Part shown: in pieces, positions 1 to 8,075 of the stretch
Layout: each line of letters begins with the position of its first letter
Position numbering within the stretch: position 1 is the first letter of the stretch
Virus record (IMG/VR): IMGVR_UViG_3300031415_000001
Length of the DNA stretch: 64,000 nt
DNA from: a virus
Strand: one strand, 5' to 3'
Translations under genes and position numbers: made by a program
Notes under the pieces: generated by a model
What the model saw: only the letters and a program-made list of their open reading frames with translations
Told to the model about the DNA's origin: nothing
Databases searched by the model: none

Positions 1-163
1 ACAGCAGTTCACGTACACCGTGATAAATCACGTATGAATCTGGGTAAGTGGCATCAGGATGCTGGAAGCTACCGATGCTGGTAAAGCCAGAAGCCAGTGA
101 AGTACCTTCGCTGACATTAGCGATCTTGCTTACTGGGTTATACGATACATTCAGAGTGACCAT
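1..163 (-). CDS. hypothetical protein, N-terminal part only (gene runs off the left edge); member of a local 3-copy paralog family
   Basis: ATG at 163 preceded by AAGGAA. Reads MVTLNVSYNPVSKIA...YHGVRELL, the same pattern as the 775-1056 product. Absent from the ORF track because it is truncated. Confidence 0.55.
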   Translation of the reverse strand, partial: MVTLNVSYNPVSKIANVSEGTSLASGFTSIGSFQHPDATYPDSYVIYHGVRELL

Positions 164-174
164 GACAAATTCCT

Positions 175-203
175 TATATAAAAATAAACCCCCATTTGGG
201 GGC
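175..203 (-). terminator. intrinsic terminator after the 225-716 gene
   Basis: CCCCC-ATTT-GGGGG hairpin (189-202) followed on the minus strand by TTTATTTTTAT. Confidence 0.6.
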
Positions 204-224
204 TTATTCATTATGCAGGATTAA

Positions 225-716
225 TTACTCAGCGTCTTTCTTCTCTTCGTCAGTCTGAGTTTCCTCAACCTGCTCAGAGTCGTCGGCTTTGTTTTCATCC
301 ACAACTTCTGGATCAGCTTCTTCTACTGGTTCGGCAGGTGCATGATTATCAATCTGCTCCTGAACTAAACCAGTATCGTTGGTCTGAACCTGCTCATCAA
401 CAGGCTGTACCGGTACTGGTTCAGGATTCTGAACCTGCTCATCAATTTCCTGATGCTGGCTAGACAGATCAGGATTGTCTGCCAGATTATGATGAGCATC
501 GCCCAGATAGGCTTCTGCTTTGTCGCTGTACTTGATAGTCAGGTCGTCAGCTTTAACGCCATAACCATTGCCCAGCAGTTCGTCAATAGCCAGCAGGTGT
601 GTACCTGATGCAGCACGGCCCAGAGCTTCATAGCCCTCTGGCAGTTCTTCATCAGTGGTTTGCACCAGTACAGTTTCATCAGCTTTAGACAGAGCCAGTT
701 TAACGATGTGAGTCAT
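225..716 (-). CDS. hypothetical early/middle protein with a repetitive hyper-acidic C-terminal tail (paralog family member)
   Basis: Start trimmed to MTHIVKLAL (AGGA 7 nt upstream; alternative ATG at 722). The C-terminal ~85 aa are D/E/Q/P-rich with repeated (I/V)DEQVQ units. Confidence 0.7.
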   Translation of the reverse strand: MTHIVKLALSKADETVLVQTTDEELPEGYEALGRAASGTHLLAIDELLGNGYGVKADDLTIKYSDKAEAYLGDAHHNLADNPDLSSQHQEIDEQVQNPEPVPVQPVDEQVQTNDTGLVQEQIDNHAPAEPVEEADPEVVDENKADDSEQVEETQTDEEKKDAE

Positions 717-774
717 GACCATTTCCTTTTTGTTTACGTGGTTCACTACAGTATAGGAACCAGCAAGAGATCTA

Positions 775-1056
775 TCAGAAGATCCCCTTCTTTGCTGGTT
801 CCACGGGGTCTGGAATAACAACAGGTTCTTCCGGTACAACAGGTGCAGGTGCAGCAATATTGTCACAGAACACGATGCTCACAGGGGCCATCGAGTTTAC
901 CCCAATCTGTCGCAGGAGTGCCTGAACAGAATGGTAAAATGTTGTGCCGTTGGCAGTAACACCTAAATACTCTGATCCATCTGGGGCAGCAGCACCAATC
1001 GGGTACAGAGTAGCTACCTTGGTCTTACGGTTGTAAGCAACTCTGAGAATAGCCAT
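775..1056 (-). CDS. hypothetical protein (paralog family member)
   Basis: Start MAILRVAYNRKTKVA with GGAG 6 nt upstream, immediately after a terminator. Pro-rich C-terminus. Confidence 0.7.
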   Translation of the reverse strand: MAILRVAYNRKTKVATLYPIGAAAPDGSEYLGVTANGTTFYHSVQALLRQIGVNSMAPVSIVFCDNIAAPAPVVPEEPVVIPDPVEPAKKGIF

Positions 1057-1069
1057 GTGCATCTCCGTC

Positions 1070-1100
1070 AAAAAAAATAAGGACTCCCCGAAGGGAGTCC
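1070..1100 (-). terminator. intrinsic terminator downstream of the RNAP II operon
   Basis: GGACTCCC-CGAA-GGGAGTCC (1081-1100), 8-bp stem, followed on the minus strand by TTATTTTTTTT. Confidence 0.8.
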
Positions 1101-1103
1101 AGT

Positions 1104-1196
1104 TTATAACACGAATAGCCAGTAAAGCAGTGGTGTAGCCCCAACTGTGCCGATGAACACAATGAAGAACCAGTCGCGTTTATCAAGATAACGCAT
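1104..1196 (-). CDS. possible 30-aa membrane micro-protein
   Basis: ATG at 1196 overlaps the stop of the RNAP II large subunit. Reads MRYLDKRDWFFIVFIGTVGATPLLYWLFVL and ends just before the terminator. Below the ORF-track size cutoff. Confidence 0.3.
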   Translation of the reverse strand: MRYLDKRDWFFIVFIGTVGATPLLYWLFVL

Positions 1197-2412
1197 AGTC
1201 AGCCTCGGCGATTTCACGCCACATTTCCGGGTCTTCCTTACCCACTTCAATATGACGGCCCAGCAACTGAGTCAGCATATAGCTGAGCAGTTCGCTACGG
1301 GCCAACAGCATAAGCTGGTTATTGTATTGCTTACGCAGGTCGTTGCCATAGTTAGGCAGGCAACGGAAACAGTCATGAATAGCAATGACTTTGAATGGTT
1401 TAGCAGGCAGTGATGCCAGCAGTTCCTTGATTGGTTCCAGTTCCACCATCATGATGTTGGTGTAGTCCAGAACGTCGAGGATACGAGCAGACAGATAGCC
1501 ACATGCCTTGAAGTGCTTCCACAGTGTCTCAACGAGTTCAGCCTTGTCGTCTGCAATTACAGACGGTGTATACCCAGCTTCAATCTCTGACACCATTGTG
1601 CGGATCATGCGTACACGGTCAGCGTCGTAATCACAACGGCGAGCCATTTCACGAACGATCATGCCATCAATGCTGTGAGTCGTGTTTGCACCCAGTGAAC
1701 GGCCTTCTTCCACTGGCTTATTCACATAACGCTGAATGTCGATTGGCTCATTCAGGAAGTGAACAGTCTCCACCTCTGGTGCCATAACCTTCACATGAAC
1801 GTGGAAATTATCTGGCAGCACCCATGAGTTGCACCATGCTTCTGGGTTCCACATAGTCAGGTATGCTTTGTTCAGTCCCCATGCTGCTGGAGCCATAGTT
1901 GCCATTGTGTCTTCAAAGATAGACAACAGCAGACCTTCACCGAATACTTCTTTCGGTACAGCCTCTGAACCATACAGGGCGGTCATAATCGCACGCTTAA
2001 CATCGTCACGCTTAATCTTGCCTTCTTCACCGATGCGGTTGACCATTGCGTTATAGATTACGGTGTAACCGTCACGGCGTTGGTTCACACCTTCTTCACT
2101 GAAGTTCAGAACGTTGCACAGTTCAGCAGCCTTACGGTCGCCAGTCAGACATGCCAGAATCTGCAAGCCTGATGATGTTGCATCCAGTGAGATTGGATAA
2201 CCACTGGCCTGACCAGCTTTTGCTTTCTCAATGGCTTTAATACCAGCATAGAACAATGCGGGTGTTTCAGCACGTTCCACTAAGTTATATAGATTGCCCT
2301 CGTTGGCATCATACCACTCGACACGCTCATTCCATGTCTTCTTATCAAGACCAAAGTTACTTGCAATGTCAATTTTCAGATAGTCGATACCAGTGTTGAA
2401 TAGCTGCATCAT
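1183..2412 (-). CDS. N4 RNAP II large subunit (gp16-like), C-terminal palm/fingers half of a T7-like RNA polymerase
   Basis: T7-type motif A (PISLDATSSGLQILA), motif B (KRAIMTALYGS) and motif C (HDCFRC). 409 aa, close to N4 gp16. Confidence 0.9.
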   Translation of the reverse strand: MMQLFNTGIDYLKIDIASNFGLDKKTWNERVEWYDANEGNLYNLVERAETPALFYAGIKAIEKAKAGQASGYPISLDATSSGLQILACLTGDRKAAELCNVLNFSEEGVNQRRDGYTVIYNAMVNRIGEEGKIKRDDVKRAIMTALYGSEAVPKEVFGEGLLLSIFEDTMATMAPAAWGLNKAYLTMWNPEAWCNSWVLPDNFHVHVKVMAPEVETVHFLNEPIDIQRYVNKPVEEGRSLGANTTHSIDGMIVREMARRCDYDADRVRMIRTMVSEIEAGYTPSVIADDKAELVETLWKHFKACGYLSARILDVLDYTNIMMVELEPIKELLASLPAKPFKVIAIHDCFRCLPNYGNDLRKQYNNQLMLLARSELLSYMLTQLLGRHIEVGKEDPEMWREIAEADYALS

Positions 2413-2437
2413 TCGCTCCTTAGCTTATTCAGGGATA

Positions 2438-2728
2438 TTAGTGGATGTTCTTCAGGTTCAGCATTGCTGCTAAGTCAGTATCGAGTACTGACTTCGGACG
2501 TTCATCATGCTCTTTAGCATGTTCCAGCAGGTGCTGAAGGGCTTCAATAAAGCTCTCCAACTCCCCAGTGTTAGTACATACAACCACTGGAGTTAACTCA
2601 GCAGTCTGTGCATGGTGAGTGGTCAGTACAACGATGTTGTTAGCGTCAATTTTGACGTTAGCTTCAGCACCACCCATTACACATACTGGGATATATGGAC
2701 GTAAACCGTCTTTATCTTCTTGGCTCAT
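2438..2728 (-). CDS. hypothetical protein lying between the two RNAP II subunit genes
   Basis: 96-aa ORF. Its ATG overlaps the stop of the upstream RNAP II small subunit gene (2725-2728). Confidence 0.7.
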   Translation of the reverse strand: MSQEDKDGLRPYIPVCVMGGAEANVKIDANNIVVLTTHHAQTAELTPVVVCTNTGELESFIEALQHLLEHAKEHDERPKSVLDTDLAAMLNLKNIH

Positions 2729-3561
2729 AGCGTAGTTACCTCTTCGTCAGCAAACTCAATGACTGCTTTATTCCAGCCATTACCTTGATAGGTCACATGA
2801 TGACCTTGGCAATACGTTCTGCCACGTTTGTCATACTTGTGAGTAAGATGGAATGTATCTGTTTCATGCAACAGTACATCCATTACATCCTTTGCCGTCT
2901 CATCGTACTTGTTGAATGCACGTACACGACGGTTGAAGTCTTCCTTAGTCTCGCCCTCTTTCGGCTTATCGAGATTACGCCATGAGTTCTTGACCATTAA
3001 TGCAGTGTCCATATTGAGCTTCAGCTTAATACGGTTCATACGGTTGATATGATCCAGACAGATATCATCTTCATGATGATTGTTCTTCAATAACAGCGAA
3101 CTGTTATTGCAGAGATAACCACTCTGTCTGTTATGCAGTACTTCCTTTGGTTCCACTACCATTGGTAATGGGTACTGGAAACGATCTAACTCTGCTTGAG
3201 TGTCAGCATCAATTTCGAATACGACAATGAACTGACGCAGTTGGACTTTATAAGTCACTAAGTCTGCCTCAGCACACTTAATAATTTCATCCACTACCTC
3301 TTGGGCAGTGTCACAGTGACTACGCAGACACCCTACGAGTGTCTCTAAGTCACAACGCTTGTGTAGTGCCATTTGGCAAAGTAGGTCAATGCCCAGTTTG
3401 ACGTTGATACCCTGTGCTTCAAGGTACGCAACGAAGTTAAAGCCCTCACACTCTGAGAACTCTTTACGTAAACGTGGCAGGAGTTGGTTCTTATTGAACA
3501 GCTTTTCGAGTTGCATCTGATGCTCAGTTAACTGATTCATCGCTTCTTCCTCTTGGTTCAT
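2725..3561 (-). CDS. N4 RNAP II small subunit (gp15-like), N-terminal half of a T7-like RNA polymerase
   Basis: 278 aa. T/DxxGR motif (YDKRGRTY) near the C-terminus. In the same operon as the large subunit. Confidence 0.85.
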   Translation of the reverse strand: MNQEEEAMNQLTEHQMQLEKLFNKNQLLPRLRKEFSECEGFNFVAYLEAQGINVKLGIDLLCQMALHKRCDLETLVGCLRSHCDTAQEVVDEIIKCAEADLVTYKVQLRQFIVVFEIDADTQAELDRFQYPLPMVVEPKEVLHNRQSGYLCNNSSLLLKNNHHEDDICLDHINRMNRIKLKLNMDTALMVKNSWRNLDKPKEGETKEDFNRRVRAFNKYDETAKDVMDVLLHETDTFHLTHKYDKRGRTYCQGHHVTYQGNGWNKAVIEFADEEVTTL

Positions 3562-3791
3562 TTCTTAAAGATGACTACGGCCTTTACTGCTACTTCGTTT
3601 TCACGAACTACGAGTACAACTTTACTTCCTATTGTTCCAGACAGTTTGAGTTTGGTCAGTGTTGCTGAGATACGTAGTTGTTCCACATTAGCAGCGTCAT
3701 TACGATTACCTTCCGGGAATCGAAGTACTTCATTACCGGTGGTATTTACAAGACGGACAGCATCAGTACGTGAGATAGTATTAATTAACAT
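3558..3791 (-). CDS. hypothetical protein
   Basis: 77-aa ORF with AGGAG upstream and a 4-nt overlap with the next gene. Confidence 0.65.
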   Translation of the reverse strand: MLINTISRTDAVRLVNTTGNEVLRFPEGNRNDAANVEQLRISATLTKLKLSGTIGSKVVLVVRENEVAVKAVVIFKK

Positions 3792-3799
3792 TACTGCTC

Positions 3800-4183
3800 C
3801 TACTGGCTCAATAACAGCAGAGCTTGTTTACATTGTTTGAGAGTGAACATACCAATGTGGCACTCATGATTGGGAATGCCCATTGCATCGGCTAACATTG
3901 CATACGCCTCACGACGAGTGCATTTACCCTCTTTCCAGAGTGGATCCAGCTTTGCATGGACAGCAGACTTAGCCTGACGTAATTCAGCATTAGCCAGTAT
4001 GCCCAGTGGACGAGTACCGTCACCGTGACCAACACCAGCTTTATGACAGCCTACGTAGGCATCACAGGGTGAACAGAGCCAGAAATACTTATCAGCTAAG
4101 TCAGGACGATGTGGGTAAATAACATCAGCCTGAACCAGCTTGGCTGGCTTATTGCAGTACTGACAGATTACTTCCTTTGCCAT
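3800..4183 (-). CDS. zinc-finger protein, DUF3268-like
   Basis: CxxC...C..C...GCH pattern (CQYCNK...WLCSPCDAYVGCH...PLGILAN.ELR) matches my memory of the phage DUF3268 family. Confidence 0.7.
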   Translation of the reverse strand: MAKEVICQYCNKPAKLVQADVIYPHRPDLADKYFWLCSPCDAYVGCHKAGVGHGDGTRPLGILANAELRQAKSAVHAKLDPLWKEGKCTRREAYAMLADAMGIPNHECHIGMFTLKQCKQALLLLSQ

Positions 4184-4187
4184 AATG

Positions 4188-4427
4188 TCACCGTATTGCT
4201 ACCGGATGAGAAGGCTCACCTTCGAAATCAGTCATTGGAGTTTTGATGTAAAGCTGGTCAGCATGATCCAGATACTGTTGAACAGTCTCTTTACTGTCAC
4301 CTTCTTCCCACAGACGATCAACTGAGCAGAAGTAAATGCCACGTTGTTCGTGTTTGAACACCAGACGATACCACTCGTCTACGCCAGCAAACTTTAAGTT
4401 GCTGCGTTGAATGAAGTTATCAGGCAT
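4188..4427 (-). CDS. hypothetical protein
   Basis: 79-aa ORF in the packed operon. Confidence 0.65.
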   Translation of the reverse strand: MPDNFIQRSNLKFAGVDEWYRLVFKHEQRGIYFCSVDRLWEEGDSKETVQQYLDHADQLYIKTPMTDFEGEPSHPVAIR

Positions 4428-4623
4428 GAGGATCCTCTGTTTTCACATAAGTACGAACAGATGCAATTAACTCAGTTAACTGCTGTTTAGCATTCTCGGA
4501 CGAGAACACATCGTGCATTACCTGATCAGACATGCCAGTACGAACAGCATTCTCAATCAGTTGAACACGAGCATTGCAGAACCGTGACCATGCTTGGGTC
4601 AGACGAGCATCTTCTTTAGACAT
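4420..4623 (-). CDS. hypothetical protein
   Basis: Start trimmed to MSKEDARL (GGGGA 7 nt upstream). The track start at 4653 would overlap the upstream gene by 38 nt. Confidence 0.6.
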   Translation of the reverse strand: MSKEDARLTQAWSRFCNARVQLIENAVRTGMSDQVMHDVFSSENAKQQLTELIASVRTYVKTEDPHA

Positions 4624-5008
4624 TAAATGTTCCCCAGTATTCCACTGTGTCACCTAACCACGGACGCCATGCTTCATCGAACAGACAGTTCTTTGGAGCA
4701 CCAGCGAATAACGGAGCGATTTGCTCGTCTTTGAAACCAGCAAGGCCACAGCCTATGCGAGTAACTTGAAAAGTGAGCTTACGACGCCCAATAGCGTAAG
4801 CCAGAAAACCGTACACGTAAGCAGTAACGTTCTCCAGGGGTAACGTTTGAATACGTTCATCTTTGGTTGGGATGGCGAAGGAATCACCTGATTGCCCGTA
4901 TGAAAACCCATATCTTGCTCCTTTCTTTTCGTAAGCATATTTAGCTGCACCAGCGCCGTGAATACCGGCTTCATTTGAGCCGAAAACAAATACTCGTTTT
5001 GCCATCAT
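4616..5008 (-). CDS. conserved phage non-structural protein with an FVFGSN-x-G-x-HG-x-GAA motif (A1S_2505-like as I recall the family name)
   Basis: [21 protein letters not shown]...SFAIPTKD...[11 protein letters not shown]. Rossmann-like pattern, function unknown. Confidence 0.65.
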   Translation of the reverse strand: MMAKRVFVFGSNEAGIHGAGAAKYAYEKKGARYGFSYGQSGDSFAIPTKDERIQTLPLENVTAYVYGFLAYAIGRRKLTFQVTRIGCGLAGFKDEQIAPLFAGAPKNCLFDEAWRPWLGDTVEYWGTFNV

Positions 5009-5493
5009 TTAGTCCTATTTGTGATAGAAGTATTGTTGGCTTGCTCTAAACGAGTAGCCCATTTGCAATTACTTGGTTCGTAATTGCCCATATTATCAAT
5101 GCGTTCAATAGTGAGTCCTTGAGGACGATCACCCATATCTGCATAGAAGTTTTCGAACTGATACCACGCTGCACAGATAGTGATATGTGCATAATGTGGG
5201 TCATACTTTATGCGTTGGTGCATAGCAATCCATGAGCGATATGCTCCTGATTTTGCTTCTCGACTGCATTGTCCATGACTGCTATTTCTTTCAGTCATTA
5301 CATCAGTCTTATAACACCCGCAGGAAGTGATATTTAAGAACCTAACCCAGTTCAGGTCGCGGTCTACGTAATTACCACAATCACAGAGAAACTTTGCAAC
5401 TCTGCGTTTATTGACTGGTGGTAAATCTTCAATAAAGGTAAGACGAGTATTGGGAATACGATCACCTTTATTGAATACTATCCTTTTGCCCAT
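5005..5493 (-). CDS. HNH-family (homing) endonuclease-like protein
   Basis: Start MGKRIVF (GAGGAG 7 nt upstream). Cys cluster CDCG...CGC and the C-terminal motif [28 protein letters not shown] are typical of phage HNH_3-type free-standing endonucleases. Confidence 0.65.
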   Translation of the reverse strand: MGKRIVFNKGDRIPNTRLTFIEDLPPVNKRRVAKFLCDCGNYVDRDLNWVRFLNITSCGCYKTDVMTERNSSHGQCSREAKSGAYRSWIAMHQRIKYDPHYAHITICAAWYQFENFYADMGDRPQGLTIERIDNMGNYEPSNCKWATRLEQANNTSITNRTK

Positions 5494-5511
5494 TTGGGAT
5501 CTCCTCAACAT

Positions 5512-5537
5512 TTAAAAAACCACTCTTTCGAGTGGCT
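5512..5537 (-). terminator. intrinsic terminator directly upstream of the HNH-like gene
   Basis: CCACTC-TTTC-GAGTGG hairpin followed on the minus strand by TTTTTTAAA. Confidence 0.65.
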
Positions 5538-5543
5538 TTTGAA

Positions 5544-5777
5544 TTAACGACGACGATTTTCTTTCTTTTCCTGCTCAGCTTTACGCTCGGCTTCATCATC
5601 CAGAGCAGCTTGAGCCAGTTCTGAAACCTGACGCATCCAGTCGAGACATTTGTCTTCGACACGGCTGGTTTCACGCATATCCTGATCATCTGCCATTGCT
5701 GTATGCAGACGGATAATCAGTTTTGCAGCACCATGCTGCTTGAGCATATCAACTAAGTCTTCATGCAAACCGTTCAT
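5544..5777 (-). CDS. hypothetical protein with a basic C-terminus
   Basis: 77-aa ORF with GGAG upstream. Ends ...EQEKKENRRR. Confidence 0.65.
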   Translation of the reverse strand: MNGLHEDLVDMLKQHGAAKLIIRLHTAMADDQDMRETSRVEDKCLDWMRQVSELAQAALDDEAERKAEQEKKENRRR

Positions 5778-5781
5778 TACT

Positions 5782-6120
5782 TCACGCTCCTTGGTTCCCA
5801 GCTATAGCTGAGAGGATTAAATTCTTTATCACATCACCGTGACACGCTTTGGGACTACAAAAGCACACCAGATACACTGGCAGCCCAGTACCGTCTAACA
5901 CTTTCTCAGCAATGCGTTCTAACTCTGCACAGATGAGAATATGACGTTCCATTACTTTACGTTTGAGGTAAGGCTCAAACGCAGCAATCACATCTTCACG
6001 ATCAACCAGATGGCTGATCTCGAATGGATTACCTAATGGAGAGGGTCTGCCAATATAAAAATGTCGGTCACTAAGACCGACTTTCTGGTGGTGTTTATTA
6101 ATGACGAGGAGGTCGTTCAT
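5782..6120 (-). CDS. DUF4326 domain protein
   Basis: IGRPSPLGNPF...VCFCSPKACHGDV matches the DUF4326 signature as I recall it. Confidence 0.7.
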   Translation of the reverse strand: MNDLLVINKHHQKVGLSDRHFYIGRPSPLGNPFEISHLVDREDVIAAFEPYLKRKVMERHILICAELERIAEKVLDGTGLPVYLVCFCSPKACHGDVIKNLILSAIAGNQGA

Positions 6121-6400
6121 TATAAAACTCCGTTATTGGATATGAGCGAGTACTGAGGTCAGTATACTGAACCTGTACCCAGTTATCCGTTGCTACCCAG
6201 CAACCGTAGATTGGTTCGATATGGCCAATTGTTTTCTGCTTGAGTAGAAAACCAGACTGACACAACGGGACTAAACGAACAGAGTGTTCGTCTGGAACAA
6301 TATCGCTAAGCTCCAGTTCAGTACCCGGAGTTATTTCAGCCCACGCTACAACCTTGGCTTGAACATTGAACGCAAACAAGAAAAGAATTAACCATTTCAT
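6098..6400 (-). CDS. secreted or periplasmic early protein
   Basis: N-terminal signal peptide MKWLILFLFAFNVQA|KVV. 100 aa. Confidence 0.7.
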   Translation of the reverse strand: MKWLILFLFAFNVQAKVVAWAEITPGTELELSDIVPDEHSVRLVPLCQSGFLLKQKTIGHIEPIYGCWVATDNWVQVQYTDLSTRSYPITEFYNERPPRH

Positions 6401-6401
6401 T

Positions 6402-6719
6402 TTAGTAGCTCACTTTGAAGGGATATACAGGACGCCGTGACTGCCATTGATGCATCATAATGTCAGTGCTGCGTTGTTCTTTGTCGTTGAGGAACACGAC
6501 AACAATATCAATGACTTCAGGTAACTCTGATACTTTCACTACAGAGATACCTGCATCACGTAATACAGGAGCAATTACAGCTTCAACACCCGGTGCTTCA
6601 GTTGTAATAACTTCGAATACTTCAGGTAATGCTTTAATACGGAACAGATATTCAAGGTCTTTCATAATCTGTTCAGTGTTGTTATAGCCAGCATCACCTG
6701 TGACTAAGATTGTTTTCAT
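6402..6719 (-). CDS. hypothetical protein, possibly a degenerate Rossmann/SLOG-like fold
   Basis: MKTILVTGD...APGVEAVIAP...IDIVVVF has a beta-alpha-beta pattern loosely resembling the 7628-8068 product. The link is weak. Confidence 0.6.
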   Translation of the reverse strand: MKTILVTGDAGYNNTEQIMKDLEYLFRIKALPEVFEVITTEAPGVEAVIAPVLRDAGISVVKVSELPEVIDIVVVFLNDKEQRSTDIMMHQWQSRRPVYPFKVSY

Positions 6720-6914
6720 TTAGTTATCCAGAATGATTTCAGTGATAAGGAATATTTCTTTGTGCATATTGATGTGTTTAATAAACTTCTCAAACTCTGG
6801 CCTGCTTTTAATACCAGATGGAACATCCATATATTCCCCACTTGCTGCATGGACGCCACAGAAGCCTAACTGCTTGGTGTGCTCATCCAGTGTTGCTGTT
6901 GTTTTATGGCTCAT
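6720..6914 (-). CDS. hypothetical protein
   Basis: 64-aa ORF, abutting the neighbouring genes. Confidence 0.55.
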   Translation of the reverse strand: MSHKTTATLDEHTKQLGFCGVHAASGEYMDVPSGIKSRPEFEKFIKHINMHKEIFLITEIILDN

Positions 6915-7147
6915 AAACGAGTTATCTCCACTAAAAGGTTAACCTGAAGCACTACAGCAGTAGCACCTACATGTGTTATTAATCCTGATTCTTTGCCACC
7001 TAAACGAGTGCAAATAACATTATTTCCTTCACACTTATTTGTAACGACAAACAGCCTGTCATCATCCATGACAAAAGTGTCACCTTGTTTGAGAACACCC
7101 AGTTTTACTTTCGCTGGTGGCTCAGGCTTTTCAGTGATAGTAATCAT
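6911..7147 (-). CDS. hypothetical protein
   Basis: 78-aa ORF with 4-nt overlaps on both sides. Confidence 0.6.
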   Translation of the reverse strand: MITITEKPEPPAKVKLGVLKQGDTFVMDDDRLFVVTNKCEGNNVICTRLGGKESGLITHVGATAVVLQVNLLVEITRL

Positions 7148-7461
7148 TTCAACACTGCCAGTAATTGATCACGGTTGAGGATAAGCAAGTCTTTATCTTT
7201 CAGACCATGCTTGTGAGTGAGTACCAGATCGTTATCAATAGCGACATGAAATGTTTCATCGCTGAACTTATTGACGATAGTCACCCACGGTTTTTCAATT
7301 TGACCATCTTGGCATTGGATCCCAATCTTTACTGAGTCACCAACATTAAGTTCGGTGTAATCATTAATGACGATTGCTTCTTTAGGCAGGATGGCATGAA
7401 AGCCACGCAGTATTTTATAAGCCACTTTTAGTTCTCCCACGAATGCGAACGGACAATTCAC
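7144..7461 (-). CDS. hypothetical protein
   Basis: The track start is a GTG at 7461. An alternative GTG at 7425 has GGGAGAA upstream. Confidence 0.55.
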   Translation of the reverse strand: MNCPFAFVGELKVAYKILRGFHAILPKEAIVINDYTELNVGDSVKIGIQCQDGQIEKPWVTIVNKFSDETFHVAIDNDLVLTHKHGLKDKDLLILNRDQLLAVLK

Positions 7462-7627
7462 GTTGCATAGAGTCTTTCATATCATCAAGACGGATAGCCG
7501 TATTGATACGCTTATTCATTTTTGGATCGTATTGCTGTTGCAATATACGTGAGCATTTGCGATGAACCCGTTTACTTCTTGGTTCACCACAAATCTCACA
7601 CAGATGGGCATTAGGATTTAAAAGCAT
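7415..7627 (-). CDS. hypothetical small basic Cys-containing protein
   Basis: 70-aa ORF with CEICGEPRSKRVHRKC. Its ATG abuts the stop of the upstream gene. Confidence 0.55.
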   Translation of the reverse strand: MLLNPNAHLCEICGEPRSKRVHRKCSRILQQQYDPKMNKRINTAIRLDDMKDSMQRELSVRIRGRTKSGL

Positions 7628-8068
7628 TTAATATCTCACAACGATGCAGGGCTTTTTTGCCCTGTCCATTGTAGCAATCATGTGCTTTGTTCCGGGAGAT
7701 TTTCCATCCCAGAAACCAATTCCAACGTCAGCAAAGTTTGCCATTTCACCATTACGGATGAAGCCAGCAGCTTTGCCTTTATTTTCCCAGTCAGCCCAGA
7801 ACTCATGGATACGAATGCCCAGATCTTTGAACAGTTCATAAGCTGTCATATCTGCACCTCGTGCCATGCCACATACCAGTTCACACGGGTCTGTTATAAA
7901 GTTCTGATCTACCAGTTGTCTGATGACAAACTCCATACGATTAATATCTTCGAACTCACGTCCTCCGAATACTACGATACGTTGAACATCAGACCTGAAA
8001 TATGTGTCCAGTGCTTTCTGTTCTTTTCTGGTTCGGCAATGACCACATTTATGGTCAGCACGAGACAT
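7628..8068 (-). CDS. DUF2493 / SLOG-family nucleotide-binding domain protein
   Basis: Start trimmed to MSRADHKCGHC. RIVVFGGREF...CGMARGADMTAYE...AGFIRNGEM...GFWDGKSPGTKHMI matches the DUF2493 (YpsA-like SLOG) pattern. Confidence 0.7.
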   Translation of the reverse strand: MSRADHKCGHCRTRKEQKALDTYFRSDVQRIVVFGGREFEDINRMEFVIRQLVDQNFITDPCELVCGMARGADMTAYELFKDLGIRIHEFWADWENKGKAAGFIRNGEMANFADVGIGFWDGKSPGTKHMIATMDRAKKPCIVVRY

Positions 8069-8075
8069 TAAGCCT

